A program made the translations under genes and the position numbers. From Lingula anatina (Eukaryota > Animalia > Brachiopoda), in contig CM120640.1 of assembly GCA_051362555.1 (NCBI GenBank), forward strand, positions 15,872,001 through 15,936,000: a stretch of 64,000 nucleotides of DNA. The letters are read 5' to 3'. The notes under the pieces are model-generated. The model did not search any database. It saw only the letters and a program-made list of their open reading frames with translations, and was not told the origin of the DNA. Of the stretch, positions 1-13,200 are shown one piece after another; within the stretch, counting starts at the first letter, position 1; every line of letters starts with the position of its first letter.

Positions 1-3000
1 AGCTCCCATCACAGGTGAACCCGTTCAGTGGGCCCTTGTGCACGTATTTCAGTTCCTCCAGACTCAGGGCCGGAAGTGTGATAGTCAGGTCCAAATCAGG
101 GGAGGAAGCATCAAATGTAATGTCAAAGGAGTGTTTTGCTAGCGTGCCACTGGTTGAAAACTTTTTCAAGTTTCCTTCGTGATTGAGGGTGAAAGAAACA
201 TCACGGAGCTTATTTATCTGGGATTTAAAATTGCCCCTAGTGTTGAACTTCTGCAGGTCACCTTCATGATCAATCTCAAAAGACATATCTCTGAGCATTC
301 TCATTGGAGTCTTCAAGTTGCCCTTGGTATTGAATTTGCGGAGATTTCCGTTGTGGGACAGCTCAGCAGACATTTCTTGCCATTGGGGAATGGAGGTCTT
401 CAGAATCATCTTGTTTTCAAAGTCGCTGATGTCTCCTCTGTGGGTCAATTCAAGAGAGGTCTCAGCCATCTTGCTGATGGGAGTCTTCAGTGTGACTTTG
501 CTGTTGATGTCATTCTGTTGCATGGTATGGTCCATCTCCAGCGAAATCTCTTCATTGTTTCTCTTCACAATCCAAGTAGAGTCAATACGTCTCCATAAAC
601 TCATCTGGTGATTGACTGAGGCAGAGAGCCTCTCCCAGTTGCGGAATGGGGTCATCACACTCACTTCTGACTTGAATCCCTGTGGTGTGGCAGTATGTTT
701 AACCTCCCCAGACATCTCTTGAAAGCTTCGGAATGGAGTAGTGATCTTGGCATTTGCTCTCAAATTGTTCAAGTCCTCATTGTTGTTCACTTCCACATTG
801 AATTCACGGTGACTTCTGATGGGTGTAATAACCTTGATTCTCAGGTTTCTCAGGATGCCAACATTGCTTGCCTCAATGGCAACCTTGTCAAACTTGGCCA
901 TGGTTGTGGTTATGGTCAGTTTGCTGTTGAAGTCAACGATCTTGGAACCACGATGTTGGACCTCCATGTTGAACCTTTCAAATCCTGAAATTGGGGTGGT
1001 GATGGTGGCACTGGATGTGAAATCAGTTGGCACTCCATCATTAGCAACCTCGAAGGTGAACTCTCTGTAGTTGCGAACTGGAGTTGTGATCTTACCAGCA
1101 ATTTTCAAGTTCCTCAAATCCTCAGTGTTGGACACGTCAATGGTAAATACATCATAGCCTCGGAATGGAGTCTCTACCTTGGTGCTGAATTTTCTCATGA
1201 AGCCCATGTTGTTGACATTGAAGGCGAACTTCTCAAAACCACGAACAGCAGTAGTTAGTCCTACCTGGGTCTCAAAGTCAGTCAACTTGTTTCCACGGTG
1301 GGTGGCATCAAGAGCAAATTCATCATAGCCACGGAATGGAGTTGTAACCTTCATCCGGGAATTGAAGTTGGACAAGGTTCCTCTGTTGCTTACTTCCCCA
1401 GTAAACTGCTTGTTTCCTGGCAATTTCTTTGCAAGAATCTTGGTTTCAAAATCACTCATCTGTCCACGATGACTGAACTCAAGGGACATTGATTTGTAGT
1501 CATCAAACGGAGTCTGGATGATTAGAGCACTGCGTATGTCATTGGTGGCATCATTCTCTACCTTGATATTGAACTTCTTCCACCCTGGATAGGATGTAAT
1601 AAGACCTGCCTCGGTTTGGAACTGGATAGGTAGACCAGCATGGCTAAAGGCGAGCTCCATGTTCTCAAAGTTGTTGAATGGAGTCTGCATGACAAGTTTA
1701 GCTTCAGTGGTCCTAGCATGCTTGAAGATGACGGTCATTTCCATTTTCTTTGATGGAGCATAGGTCAATGCAATGTTGGATCTCAGGTCCTTCAAATGAC
1801 CTCTATGCCCAATGGTCAGCTTCACGTTTTCTACAGGCTTGAAGGGGGTCATCAAAGTCATGCTTCCCTTAACATTACCAAACCCATAGGATGCCTCATA
1901 ATCGGCAAGGATGCCGAATTTGTTTCTTTGGTTATGGGTCACCTCAGCACTTGAGCGGAAGTTCATGGGCTCACCCTCATGGTTGAAACTAGCCTGGATA
2001 TTGCTGACTGGTGCAAATGGAGATGTGAAGGTCATAGATCCCTTGTAGGAATCAGCAAGTTGAAGGTCGCCCTTGAATGTGATGTCCTTTCCTGGTGCAT
2101 ACTCAACATTAGCTTCAGTTTCCCAAAGTCCCTCTCCTGGTGTTTTGTGATTAAATCTGGCATTTAAGGCTGGGAAGGCTTTAAATGGAGTCTTGAGAGC
2201 AAGTGTGGCCAAAATATCATCAGCATTTCTGAGATTGGTAGACAGATGAATCTTCTTCTCTGGTTTATCAAATGACAGACTTACTTCAGATTGCCATCCA
2301 TCATTACACTGATGATCAACACTGAGGACAATAGTCTCAACTGGCTTGAAGGGACTTGTAAAGCGTAGGTTGCCATTGACAGCATGACGACCTTCCCATG
2401 TGCCTCTGTAATCCACAGTGCTTTCCACTGCAATTCTCTTAGATGGTGCGTAGTCTAGTTGAATGGTACCAGTGAATGGTTTCTTGCTCAAGTCTCCAAG
2501 GATCTTTGCACGGACATCTTTCACTGGAGTCCATGGAGTGATCAGTTCGGCGTTGGCAGAGACTGACTTTTCTTCCAATTTGAAGTCAGTCTTTCCGAGG
2601 ATCATTCTCTGGTGGGAGGAGGTCAGTTCTGTTGTGGTCTTGAAATCAAGATCACCATTTTCATGGTCCAGACTCAAAATGATGTGACGGAGTGGATCTT
2701 GAGTTGTCTGGAGCTCAACAGTGCCCTTGATGGTACGTCTGTAGCCGAGGTTATGATCTCCTTTAATGTTGAAGATCACTTTCTCATGGTGCCACCTACC
2801 CTCAATCTTGCTCTGGATAGAAGAATCTGTGTTACGATGATCCCAGGACAGAGTATTGGTACGGTAATGCTCAATTGGAGTAGAGATGGTTAAGGTGCCC
2901 TTAGTATTAAGGGATGGGAGTGCCACCTGGTGGTTCATGTCTAAATCAATGCCAAACTTCTTTTCCACAACCTGCATCTCCAAAGAACTCTTCATCTGGT

Positions 3001-4240
3001 TTGTCTGGCATTGATGCTTTCCGATGAGGGAAATTCTTTCAGCATTGGTTATTGGACTATTGAAGGCTATCTTCCCTTCCCAATCCCAGATGCTACGGGC
3101 CTTGCCAGAAGCAGTGAGTGCCATCTTGTTGTTGTCCCACTCGGAAGAAATGGATGAGTCTAGCTGACCATTGCCCAATTTGTGTAGAAGCTTGCCAGAA
3201 AATTGTTCCATGGAGCGGAATGGTGTTGACATAGTAAGAGTGCTTTCCAAATCAGTGAGGGGTGTGCGACCATGTTTCAGGCTGAAGTCTGCTTCCACCT
3301 TTTTCCTTGGTTCCCAAGATGCCTCAGCGTGCGTAGTGTATTCCCCTTCTTTCATTTCCTGAGTAATACTACCGGCCATGCTTCTGTATTTGCGGAATGG
3401 AGTGGTAAGCTTCACATCAGCCTTCACTCTCCTGTTACCATAAGTCTTCTCATCAGAATAGCCAGCATCAAATACCGCCTCATTGGTCTGGTCCCAGGTT
3501 GTCTTCACCTTTGCCTTACCATCTTTGTCTGACTTGTGCAACATAACCTCAACGTCTCCTCTCTTCAACGGGTGGTTGAACTTCAGAGAAGCCTCATGGT
3601 GGAACATGGCATTGTTGGTCTTGTCTTCGTAGTCTCCCCCAATGGTTAAAACTTTGGTGTCATCACGGTCAGCATCCCATTTGAAGCTGAAGTCACCATG
3701 GTGTTTGTTTCCAACGACGCCATAAGTTGCTTCGGTCTTCAGGGTACGCTCGGGGTACTTGACAAAGGCCTCACCACTGACAGCATTTTTGCGAATCTCA
3801 GCTGAGGCAGCAGTAGAATATGATTTTCCGTCGTACTCAACACTTCCAGACATGGCGGGATTTCTCTTCTGCAAGGATACTCGGCCATTGATCTTGACTG
3901 GGCTTAGGTGGGCAACATTAATGGTTGACGATACCTCATGGTTGAGGCGTCCTTTGCGCTCATACAGGGAGGTCATTTCAGCTTTCTTACCGAAATCCCA
4001 CTGACCAATCATCTTGCTGTGGAACTCGCCCTGGCTCTTCTCATCTACATCAGCATACAGGCGCATATGACGGGTTGGTAAACGCAAGTTGGCATCACCT
4101 TTCAGTTTCAGTTGTCCCTCCATCTCTCTCTCCAGGTTCAAGGAAGCTCTAGCCTCTTTGTTGTTATATTTAGCAACAGCATTTGTGTTTAGAGTGTTCA
4201 TGTTGTGCTTGTGGTTGAAGCTAGCTTCACTGTCGACACG
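1..4240 (-). CDS. Giant exon (>4.2 kb) of the apolipophorin gene, beta-rich region with recurring TPF motifs
   Basis: Acceptor ttacag|CGT GTC GAC AGT GAA at 4240 in phase 0. Segments read in this frame are open (RVDSEASFNHKHNMNTLN..., LTTPFRKY, MSTPFRSME, ITTPFRSFQE), and composition is coding-like to the window edge. It is absent from the ORF track, consistent with a frame that runs off the window. Confidence 0.88.
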
Positions 4241-7200
4241 CTGTAAATTAAAGAAAGCCTCTAGTCAGAAAGGTCATATCTAAACAAAGCTCTAACATAA
4301 CTGTACACTTTCTGTACATAGATATCAAGCTCATAGATAAACAATCTCAATTATCATTTTCCCGTATGATATTTCTTCACCTTATTTCTGATTTGTTGTG
4401 TCAAAATATGTACAGTTATACCATTTACTATTGTATCTATTGGTAACATATTACATTTTTTATTTCTTTAACATTTTACCTATGTTCTTAAAACAGTATA
4501 TTAATATCACATATCAGAACACTGGTGTCAGCTGCAGGAAGAAAGACATCAGACGTACCATGAGCGGGAATTTTAAGGTAACTTTGCCGTTCATGTTGGT
4601 CATGCCACCTCTGCTGACATCATTGAAGTCCTGCGTGATAGAAATCTTCCTAGTGGCGTCAGTTGTATCACGGCCGTAAGAGAATTCTAGCTCTCCGGAC
4701 AAATGCTTAGCTCCCTTCTTACCATTGGATTTCACTTGGAAGTTGTAGTCAGAAAACTGGGAACTTTCAAAAGCCCTGAAAAATCAATTATAATTTTACT
4801 TCCTCACTTAAGGACTAGGTAATTGAATTTAAATTTTGTTATATAAATGTTATTTAAAACCTTACATTTCCTCCTCAAGTTATACAGTTAACCATATTTT
4901 GTGATCAGAGTTCCAAGGGCCAACCGACATATTAATGTGATCAAAGTTCAAAAAGCCAACCGGCGTTTTACTTACAGATCAGCACTATAGTCGGCAAGGT
5001 CAGCAGCACTTCTGTCATTAATTTTTCCGTGGACAGCGAAAGTTTCTGTTGGTGCGCTCCTCAGGGCGTACTGCAAGTCTACTCTGGAGGACAGAGCTTT
5101 TGGCTTCGAGTCGTAGGTGCCAGTGGTTTTCATGTGGATGAGGGTGCTCTTCAGCTCCAAATAGTGGGTTAAACTGGTGCGCTTGGGACGCTCAGTCTTC
5201 TCAAGTTTGGCTGAAATGATAGATGTAGGTGAAAATGTATAACTCCACTGTTGACTTATTGACTTTTTTGAGATAGAAGTACAAAGCACTTTTGACTCTT
5301 TGTTATGAGATGGTAATACAAAATTATTTTACGCTGCTTTTTCTTCCGTGCTCATTGGTTTAAAATATACAGAACTCCTTGCAAATAAATAATTGGAAGC
5401 CTTTCGTATTGCAATGATCTTAACATAAAGCGGAAAGTCGAAAGTCACAATTTAAAAAAGCCAATGTGTGATTTTGTTAAATTCACTTTAAATCTGCATG
5501 GCATGCTACCATACTGTGTTTGTACATTTTAAGGTAAGACAAATAATTGGCACTTACTCTTGAACGTCACTGGCTCAGTAAGAAGGTTAAGCAATTTGGC
5601 CTCTCCCTCTAACTTCTTGCCTCTGACGTATTCCATACCACCTTCCAAGGTGATCTCATCACGGTTTGGAATGACGATTTCAACACTTGGTGTGTACTTG
5701 ATCCTTCTTGGATATTTCTCAATCTTCAGCTCGGATGTCATTGAGTATTGTACCTCATCGATGGTCATACGTGACACCATGCGCTTCAAGTTGGCGCGGT
5801 TGGTGAAATCGGTATTCATGCCAATGGTCTTCCATGGAGACTTCATCACCAAACTGGCAGCCAGCTCAGAGCGGAGTAAAGCGAGTTCAGCTGAGATCTC
5901 ACGGTTGATTCTAGACCCTGGGGTGTTGAACGAAACTTTGGATTTGAAGTTGGTGATTCTTTGGCCTCCCTTGTGAACCTGAGGGAAAATTTTAAGGAAT
6001 TAGATAGTTTCTTATGACTTTTTAACAAGTAAGACCATGTAATATTTAGCTGTATATAACCCTAGGGCGATTGTTTTTATTTTTTCTTAAATTACAAGTT
6101 CCGGGGGTAGATAGCCCTTTTCTTCCCAACTTCTTATTAATTGGTTACCTTTATTTTGAATTAACACTTGAACAGGTAAAAAAAATGTATCGTTTAGCGG
6201 CACTAATCTACGGAACCTACTTTGGGCAGTTCGTAAGATGCCAAAAACTGGTAGCCAGTCATAGTGTCCTTCTTGTTCAGAGCAACCTTCACATTCATGG
6301 GGCCGGTGAGAGGGAAGAATGGAGCATCACTCTTCGCCAATGCGTTGGGGAGGGAGAGTTTGCCGCAGAGCTGAATGCCAAGGGCCTTCTCCAGTGTTTT
6401 GCCTGTGCACCTTTCCTGCTCAATGCGGTCATCAGTGATCATTCTCTGCTCACGCTCAGAGTCAAGGGAGACGACAAAGAATTTGGTTCTAAAACAAAAC
6501 AATTTTCAAGTAATAAATAACTTAACTCTTGCGTTTGTGCGGTAAGAGCCATCAATCTACTTATACTTTTTTCATTCATAATATATCATTCAAAATTCAC
6601 GGCGAGAAAGCTAAAAATATAACAAAACAATTCAAAATAAATGAGACATTAACCCAGCAGGCATAGTTGCGTTGGATCAACGTTGAAAACAGGTTGATAC
6701 GTTGAATTGCCGTTGACCTACCTAAATTCAAAGTTGAATCAACGTTGATCCAGCCACGTTGACTCAACGTTGTATTTTGGTCAATGACACAACCTTGCAG
6801 TTATGGATTGTAATTTAAAATATTAATTATTGAAAACGAGATACTTTGTTTATCAATACTGTAACTAAATTAATCAAAATAATAACAAAATGGTTTTAAA
6901 GTAAAAGTGACAGTTGTTTTGTGTCTTTAGTTAACTAGTGAATTTTCTTCACTTGTTATTCAGAAATACATTCCAATAAACTAAATTGTTTGCAAGGTCA
7001 GCTAACACTAGTGTGAATAAGTTGCTGTTAATGAGACGTAGTTAACAGTCCTTGGTAACCTGTTATAGATAGACAGGTTGAGGTGGCTGTGACCATGTGT
7101 TATATATATATATATATATATATTAATCTAAACTTTGGAAATTTTAACTAAAAGAACATACATTTATACCCTACATATATTTAGCCATCAAACATGTCCT

Positions 7201-10200
7201 ACTGCTAAAAACATCCAAATTTCCCGCTGGGTGGGGTTGATATAACATTGTTTTCTGACGTTGGTACAACGTTGTTATCTGAGGTTGACACAACTTTCAA
7301 ATCCAACGTTCATTCAATGTCTTTTCAACGTCATGGTTCAACGTTGTTTCAACGTTAAACAACATAATTTGCCCGCTGGGAAGAGACTACTGTAAGACCT
7401 AGTTTACATTTCCAAAAGCTTGGCGAGTATTGTCAACACACGTCGTTGGTTAGAATGATGAAATATCCTCTGTTCATACACAAGATACTCACTTCAAGTC
7501 AAACAAATCGATCTGGTCTCTTGGCATATCGATGTTTGTGACGAAGACGCGACCGTCCTGGATCTGCATCTTGCCCTGGACGACTGCGCTGCTGGACAAA
7601 GTATTAACCATCTTCACACCAGCACGAGCAGATATAGCCTCGACAGACATCATGCTTGAGATCTCAATAGCACCGCTAAATGAAGAAAGAAAACCATTTC
7701 ATTTATTCAATTCAAATGGTCCACTCAGTGATCATATTTTCAAAAATCCAAATCGCCATATACAATTCAGCATTTAAAGACACCCAACCTTTTGACGAAA
7801 CTGACAGCAAAACCTTAGATAGAATTATTGAAATGCAACATTAGAATACTCATTACCTTGGCTTGATGTGTCCATCAATGTTCATTCCACGTGGGGATGT
7901 GCCAAGCTGACGCAGGTCCATCTTGCCACCGATCTGGACGTTGACGGTAGCTGTACCGTTGACGCTGAGCTTCAGTGGGAAACCGACGATGGTTGGGATG
8001 TTCATGGTGCTGTCCAAAAACATCATGCTGGTGGTGTAGTCATAGTTGTGTTCTTGTGCCAGTTTCTGAAGGATCTCAAGGAAGTTGAAGTTCATGGTCT
8101 TCAAGTTGGCCAAGTCCATGTAGCGGATTTCGTTGCCGAAAATCTTCAGTGACATACTGCCCTTCAGTTCATCTTCAGCTTCTGCTTCAAACTGAATAAA
8201 TAAATATAATATAGATAGCAAAGAAATGTTTATCGAGGGGTTAGGATTTTTCACTTATTTAAAGCAAATATCACACAAAACAAATATCGATAAATATAAC
8301 ACTTAACAATAAATAATCATTTACCCTTAAAATTTAAACGATCACTCCCTAAATATCCATGTAATCAACTTACGGTGTTTCCAAGCACGCTCACGGTGTT
8401 CTTCAGAGAGCCTCTGTTGCGCTTGAGCAAGTCACTGACGGCATTGTCCTGGAAATAACCATTGGGTCCGAAGAAGTTCTCCAGCATGTATTCCATACCC
8501 TCCACGCGGCCGTCCAGTTCCAGGAGGTTCATGGACTTGCCGAACAAGTCAACGGTCAGGTTGAACATACCGGAGCGGGGGATGTAAGACTTGGGAGACC
8601 AGATCAGATTGCTCTCAGCGGTGGCACCAGCATTCAGCATCTCGAAGAAGAAAGACTTCTCGATGTTGCGGGAGAATTTTCTCATGTCTAGGTTGAATTC
8701 CTTCTTCAGGGTCTCATCTTCAAGGATCTTGCGGATCTCCTGCTTGTAAAGGGAACCGGTCTCCATCAGGTTGGTCAGGTAGGTCCAGACGAAAGAGCCG
8801 ACCTGGTTAACCTCCTCCTTCTCCAAAGTCTCCTTAACGTCACGGATGATCATGTCAGTTGGGCATTTCATCAGAGCCAAGAAGGAAGCAATGCGGATTT
8901 CTGTCTCTTCTGTGGTGGTCTTGAAAGTCTCCAACAAGCCATCGCGCTAAACAAGTGAATTTACTGTTTTAAACTTTCCAATCCAATTTAAATGTTACAG
9001 CATTTAAAATCGCTCGTTGAATAACGCTTAATTAAAATAGTGAACTTCTGTTCTTGCAGGACAATATTGTTTTTATACTGATAGTTACAATGTTATGAAT
9101 TTTAACGGCTGTGCTGAATTTTTTATAGTTAACAGCAGTTTTTAACTTACATCAGCACCGCATGGCATTCGACGGAAAGCCTTGGTTGCTTCAGTTCTGA
9201 TCTCCATATCAAGATTTTTGCTCTGGAAGCAGCGTTGCAGGGTAGGGATGGCCTTGGTGAGGATTCCTGTGTTTCCAAGTGCCTTCAGGGCCATCAGAGT
9301 CTTTTCGCGGTCGCCACTGCAGTCGCGTCCCAGGCTAGTCTCGAAGATCCTCAAGATGTCCATGACGGCCGTCTCCTCGCTGCATTGGGCGTTGCTAAGG
9401 CAGTAGGAGTGAACCAGGGTAGAAATGGACAGGAAAGCCTTGCGGGAGGTAGCGGAACCTTCCAACAGAGGCTGAAATATTGAATGAAAATATTAACGGC
9501 GTGTCTTTCAATATTTAAATGCAAGAGTATGAATTAAATCTTTGCAAGTAAGGCAAGAAAATTAATGACGGTTAAGCTGTAATGTAAACAGTCTCTTCCA
9601 TTTCTGCTTCGCGGTTTTAAATCAATTCTCTGGCGATATTTCCTAAAATCTCAATTCTCGAGCGCCAAAAGAGGTCAAAAATGTACCTTAAGTGCAACAA
9701 GCATTTCCTTGGTAGGTTGCTGAATGAAGGCGAGGGACGTGAGCCACATCTCTGCGGTCAAGCCTTTCACTTCGTTGTTAGCGATCAATTTCTGCATTGC
9801 TTGCACAGATCCAGAGCTACCCACGGCTACCATGGCGTCGATGAAAAATTTCCTGTAAAATAAAGGATTCATTAGTGAATAAATATGATAAATTCTATTT
9901 TAATTTCATTGTTCGAAGAAAAAGTCAAACAAGACAAAAGGTCGAGATTCCAGCAAATGTTCGTTTTATTATTATTATTTTAATATGAACTTCTATTACA
10001 TTTCTTACTTCCTCAAAAATTCCTTGAATCGTGTTCTTACTTTGCTCTGTCGGTGTTGGAGCTGCAGATGGAGTCAAGTCTGCCCCACACTCTACGGAGG
10101 GTGGCTTCATCCAACTCACGGAGGTTGTAGACGAGCTGGGCGAACAGCTGGGCGACTTCAGGCTTGATCTCCTCCTCACTCTTCTGGCAGATTGTAGAGA

Positions 10201-13200
10201 AAGTGGTTTCGGCCTCTCTACTGTCCCTGCTGCCGGCGGGCATCTCAAATTGGTGCTCAAAGAGAAGGTCGGTGCGACGGGCATACTCTGAAATTTTTAA
10301 GTATTTCGTAAGTAGGTTATTTTCAATTCAAGTAGGAATTCATACCATTAAGTAAAAAAAAATAATTACTTAAATATGAAATACTTAGCATCATTCATTT
10401 TTACATTCATTGCACCATTCCCTAATATTACTTACCGGGTGCAGAGGACACGCCATATCTGTCGGTAACGTACTCCAGCTTAGAGCTGGTGACGGTCACA
10501 GCGCCGCTCTCAAACTTAGAGAAGGGGCGGAACACGTGCTTCTCGATACAGCTGGTCTTGCCAAGGCGGCCACTAGTGTGGATTTCTTGTTCACAAGAGT
10601 GCCATGTCTTCATCAGGGGCATAGATTGGATTTCCTACAGAATTGATAATAATAATAACAAGTCAGCAAAGCTGTCAAATGTACAGACAAAAAAACAGGC
10701 AATAACTATGCAGAAAATAGGCTACTGTCAATTCTGATGCAAAAGTAAATTATGTTAAACTGCAAATTCAACATCAAATTTAAATTATGCTCAACAGGTA
10801 ATACCAATGTAAGTAAAATGTGTAACAAGTTAACACTTTGAAAATGTTTAACCTCCAGAAAAAGAAGCCAATTAGACTGCTTTTCAAACTCAGGCTGCAT
10901 TTTAGTCCTGTATTTCTTTTTAGAAAGTTAGGCATTCATAAGTAACATGGTTTTCCCATAATGGTCCTCATGGCAGCAGCACGTTTTTTTCAAATTTTGA
11001 TGCAATATTACATAATGTTTAACAGCATAATGACCATCAATTTTAATAATAAAATATTAGTATTATGGATATTCAGAAAATGTGACTAGCAAAGGTCTTC
11101 AGGCCCATGGAACTTCAAAGTCACAACAACAAAAAAAGCATAACTACTACAATAGTTGCCCCGATCATGCTGATTTTCGAACATGACCTGCGTTTTATGA
11201 ATATTCATCAGCTTTGTAAATATATAGCCAAAAAGTAAAACTGCCTTCCACTTATCGTGTTTACATTGAAAGTGCATGGCGTCGGCGACAGAGACAGTGA
11301 CGGCGACGACAGACGCAGGTGATGGCAATATGTACAGACACATCTGTGCATATTTACTGTATTGTTTGAGAACAGTAAGTGACATGGTTTTTCTTTAATG
11401 GTCATTATGGGAGCAGTGCCCAAAATAGGTTTTTTTCAAATTTTGATGCAATATTACATTATGTTTAACAGCATAATGACCATCAATTTTTAATAATAAA
11501 ATATTAGTATCATGGATATTCAGAAAATGTGACTAGCAAAGGTCTTCAGGCCCATGGAACTTCAAAGTCACAACTTGAAAATGCCAAAATGTAAACAAGA
11601 CAGCACTGTTCTGAAATGGGTTTTTTTTTTATTTTTAACAATTTTTTGAACATAAAACAAAATTAACAGGTTACTGCCATTTTTATACGATCAACTAAGA
11701 AAATTGATGACATGGGAAAAATATCAATACAACAGTGCTGAATGTCCAATTTCCTCCATTCTGAGATTCTGAACATAGTGATGATTGAATCTGACAAACT
11801 GCAATGATATGAGTTTATTTCCATTTTTGAAACTTTATTTCACAATACACGATAACAAGCTTACCATCATTTTTACAAAATCAACTAATAATGTTGTAAA
11901 GATGCAGGAAATGTCAACCAAACACTTTTACATATCTTATTAGTTCTATAATGAGACTGTTAACATGCCTAAGAGTTGAATCTGAGGAAATGTGAAAAAA
12001 CAGCATAACTTCTAAAATAATGCCCCGATTATGCTGATTTTCGAACTCAACCTACATTTTAGTAAGACTGACCACTCCTGTGAGTTTAATGACAATTGGC
12101 CTATCTGTTTTTCTTATATTGTGTTTACAGTGTTGCATATATGTTGAAAAATGAACAAGACAGCACTGTTCTGAAATGGGTTTATTTCCATTTTTAACAC
12201 TATTTAAACATAAAACAAAATAAACAGTTTACTGCAATTTTTATATGATCAACTAAGAAAATTGATGAGATGGGGAAAATATCAAAAGAACAGTGTTAAA
12301 TGTCCATTTTCCTCCATTCTGAGATTCTGAACAAAGTGAATGATTGAATCTGACAAACTGCAATGATATGAGTTTATTTCCATTTTTGACACTTTATTTC
12401 ACAATACACGATAACAAGCTTACCATCATTTTTACAAAATCAACTAACAATGTTGTAAACATGCAGGAAATGTCAAACAACACTTTTATGTATCTTATTA
12501 GTTCAATAATGAGACTGTTAATATGCCTAAGAGTTGAATTTGAGGAAATGTGAAAAAACAGCATAACTTCTAAAATAATGGCCCAATTATGCTGATTTTC
12601 GAACTCAACCTGTGTTTTAGTAAGATTGCCCACTCCTGTGAGTTTAATGACAATTGGCCTATCTGTTTTTCTTATATTGTGTTTACAGTGTTGCATATAT
12701 GCTGAAAAATGAAAAAACAGCATAACTACTAAAATAGTGGCCCGATCATGCCGATTTATGAACTTGACCTGCGTTTTAGTAAGATTGATTACTCCTGTGA
12801 GTTTCATGACAACAGGCCTAACGGATTTCCTTAAAATGTGTTTACAGGGTTGCATATATGCTGAAAAAAGAAAAAACAGCATAACTTCTACAATAATGGC
12901 CCTATCATGCTGATTTTCGAACTTGACCTGCGTTTTATGAATATTCATCAGCTCTGTAAATATAAAGCCAAAAAGTAAAACTGTCCTCCACTTATCGTGT
13001 TTACAAGGAAAGTGCACGGCATCGGCGACGGCATCGGCATCGGCATCGGCGACGACAGACGCAGGTGATGGCAATATGTACAGACACATCTGTGTCTGTA
13101 CATAATAATATGTATTTATTTGCAACTTAAAAAGTTGCAAATTACAATAAAAACAAATAGTCGTGAGATGCACAATCTTAAAATATACTTGTAAAAATAA

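Noticed and set aside
179-10737. Many plus-strand ORFs of 60-150 aa
   Set aside because: Antisense shadows of apolipophorin exons.
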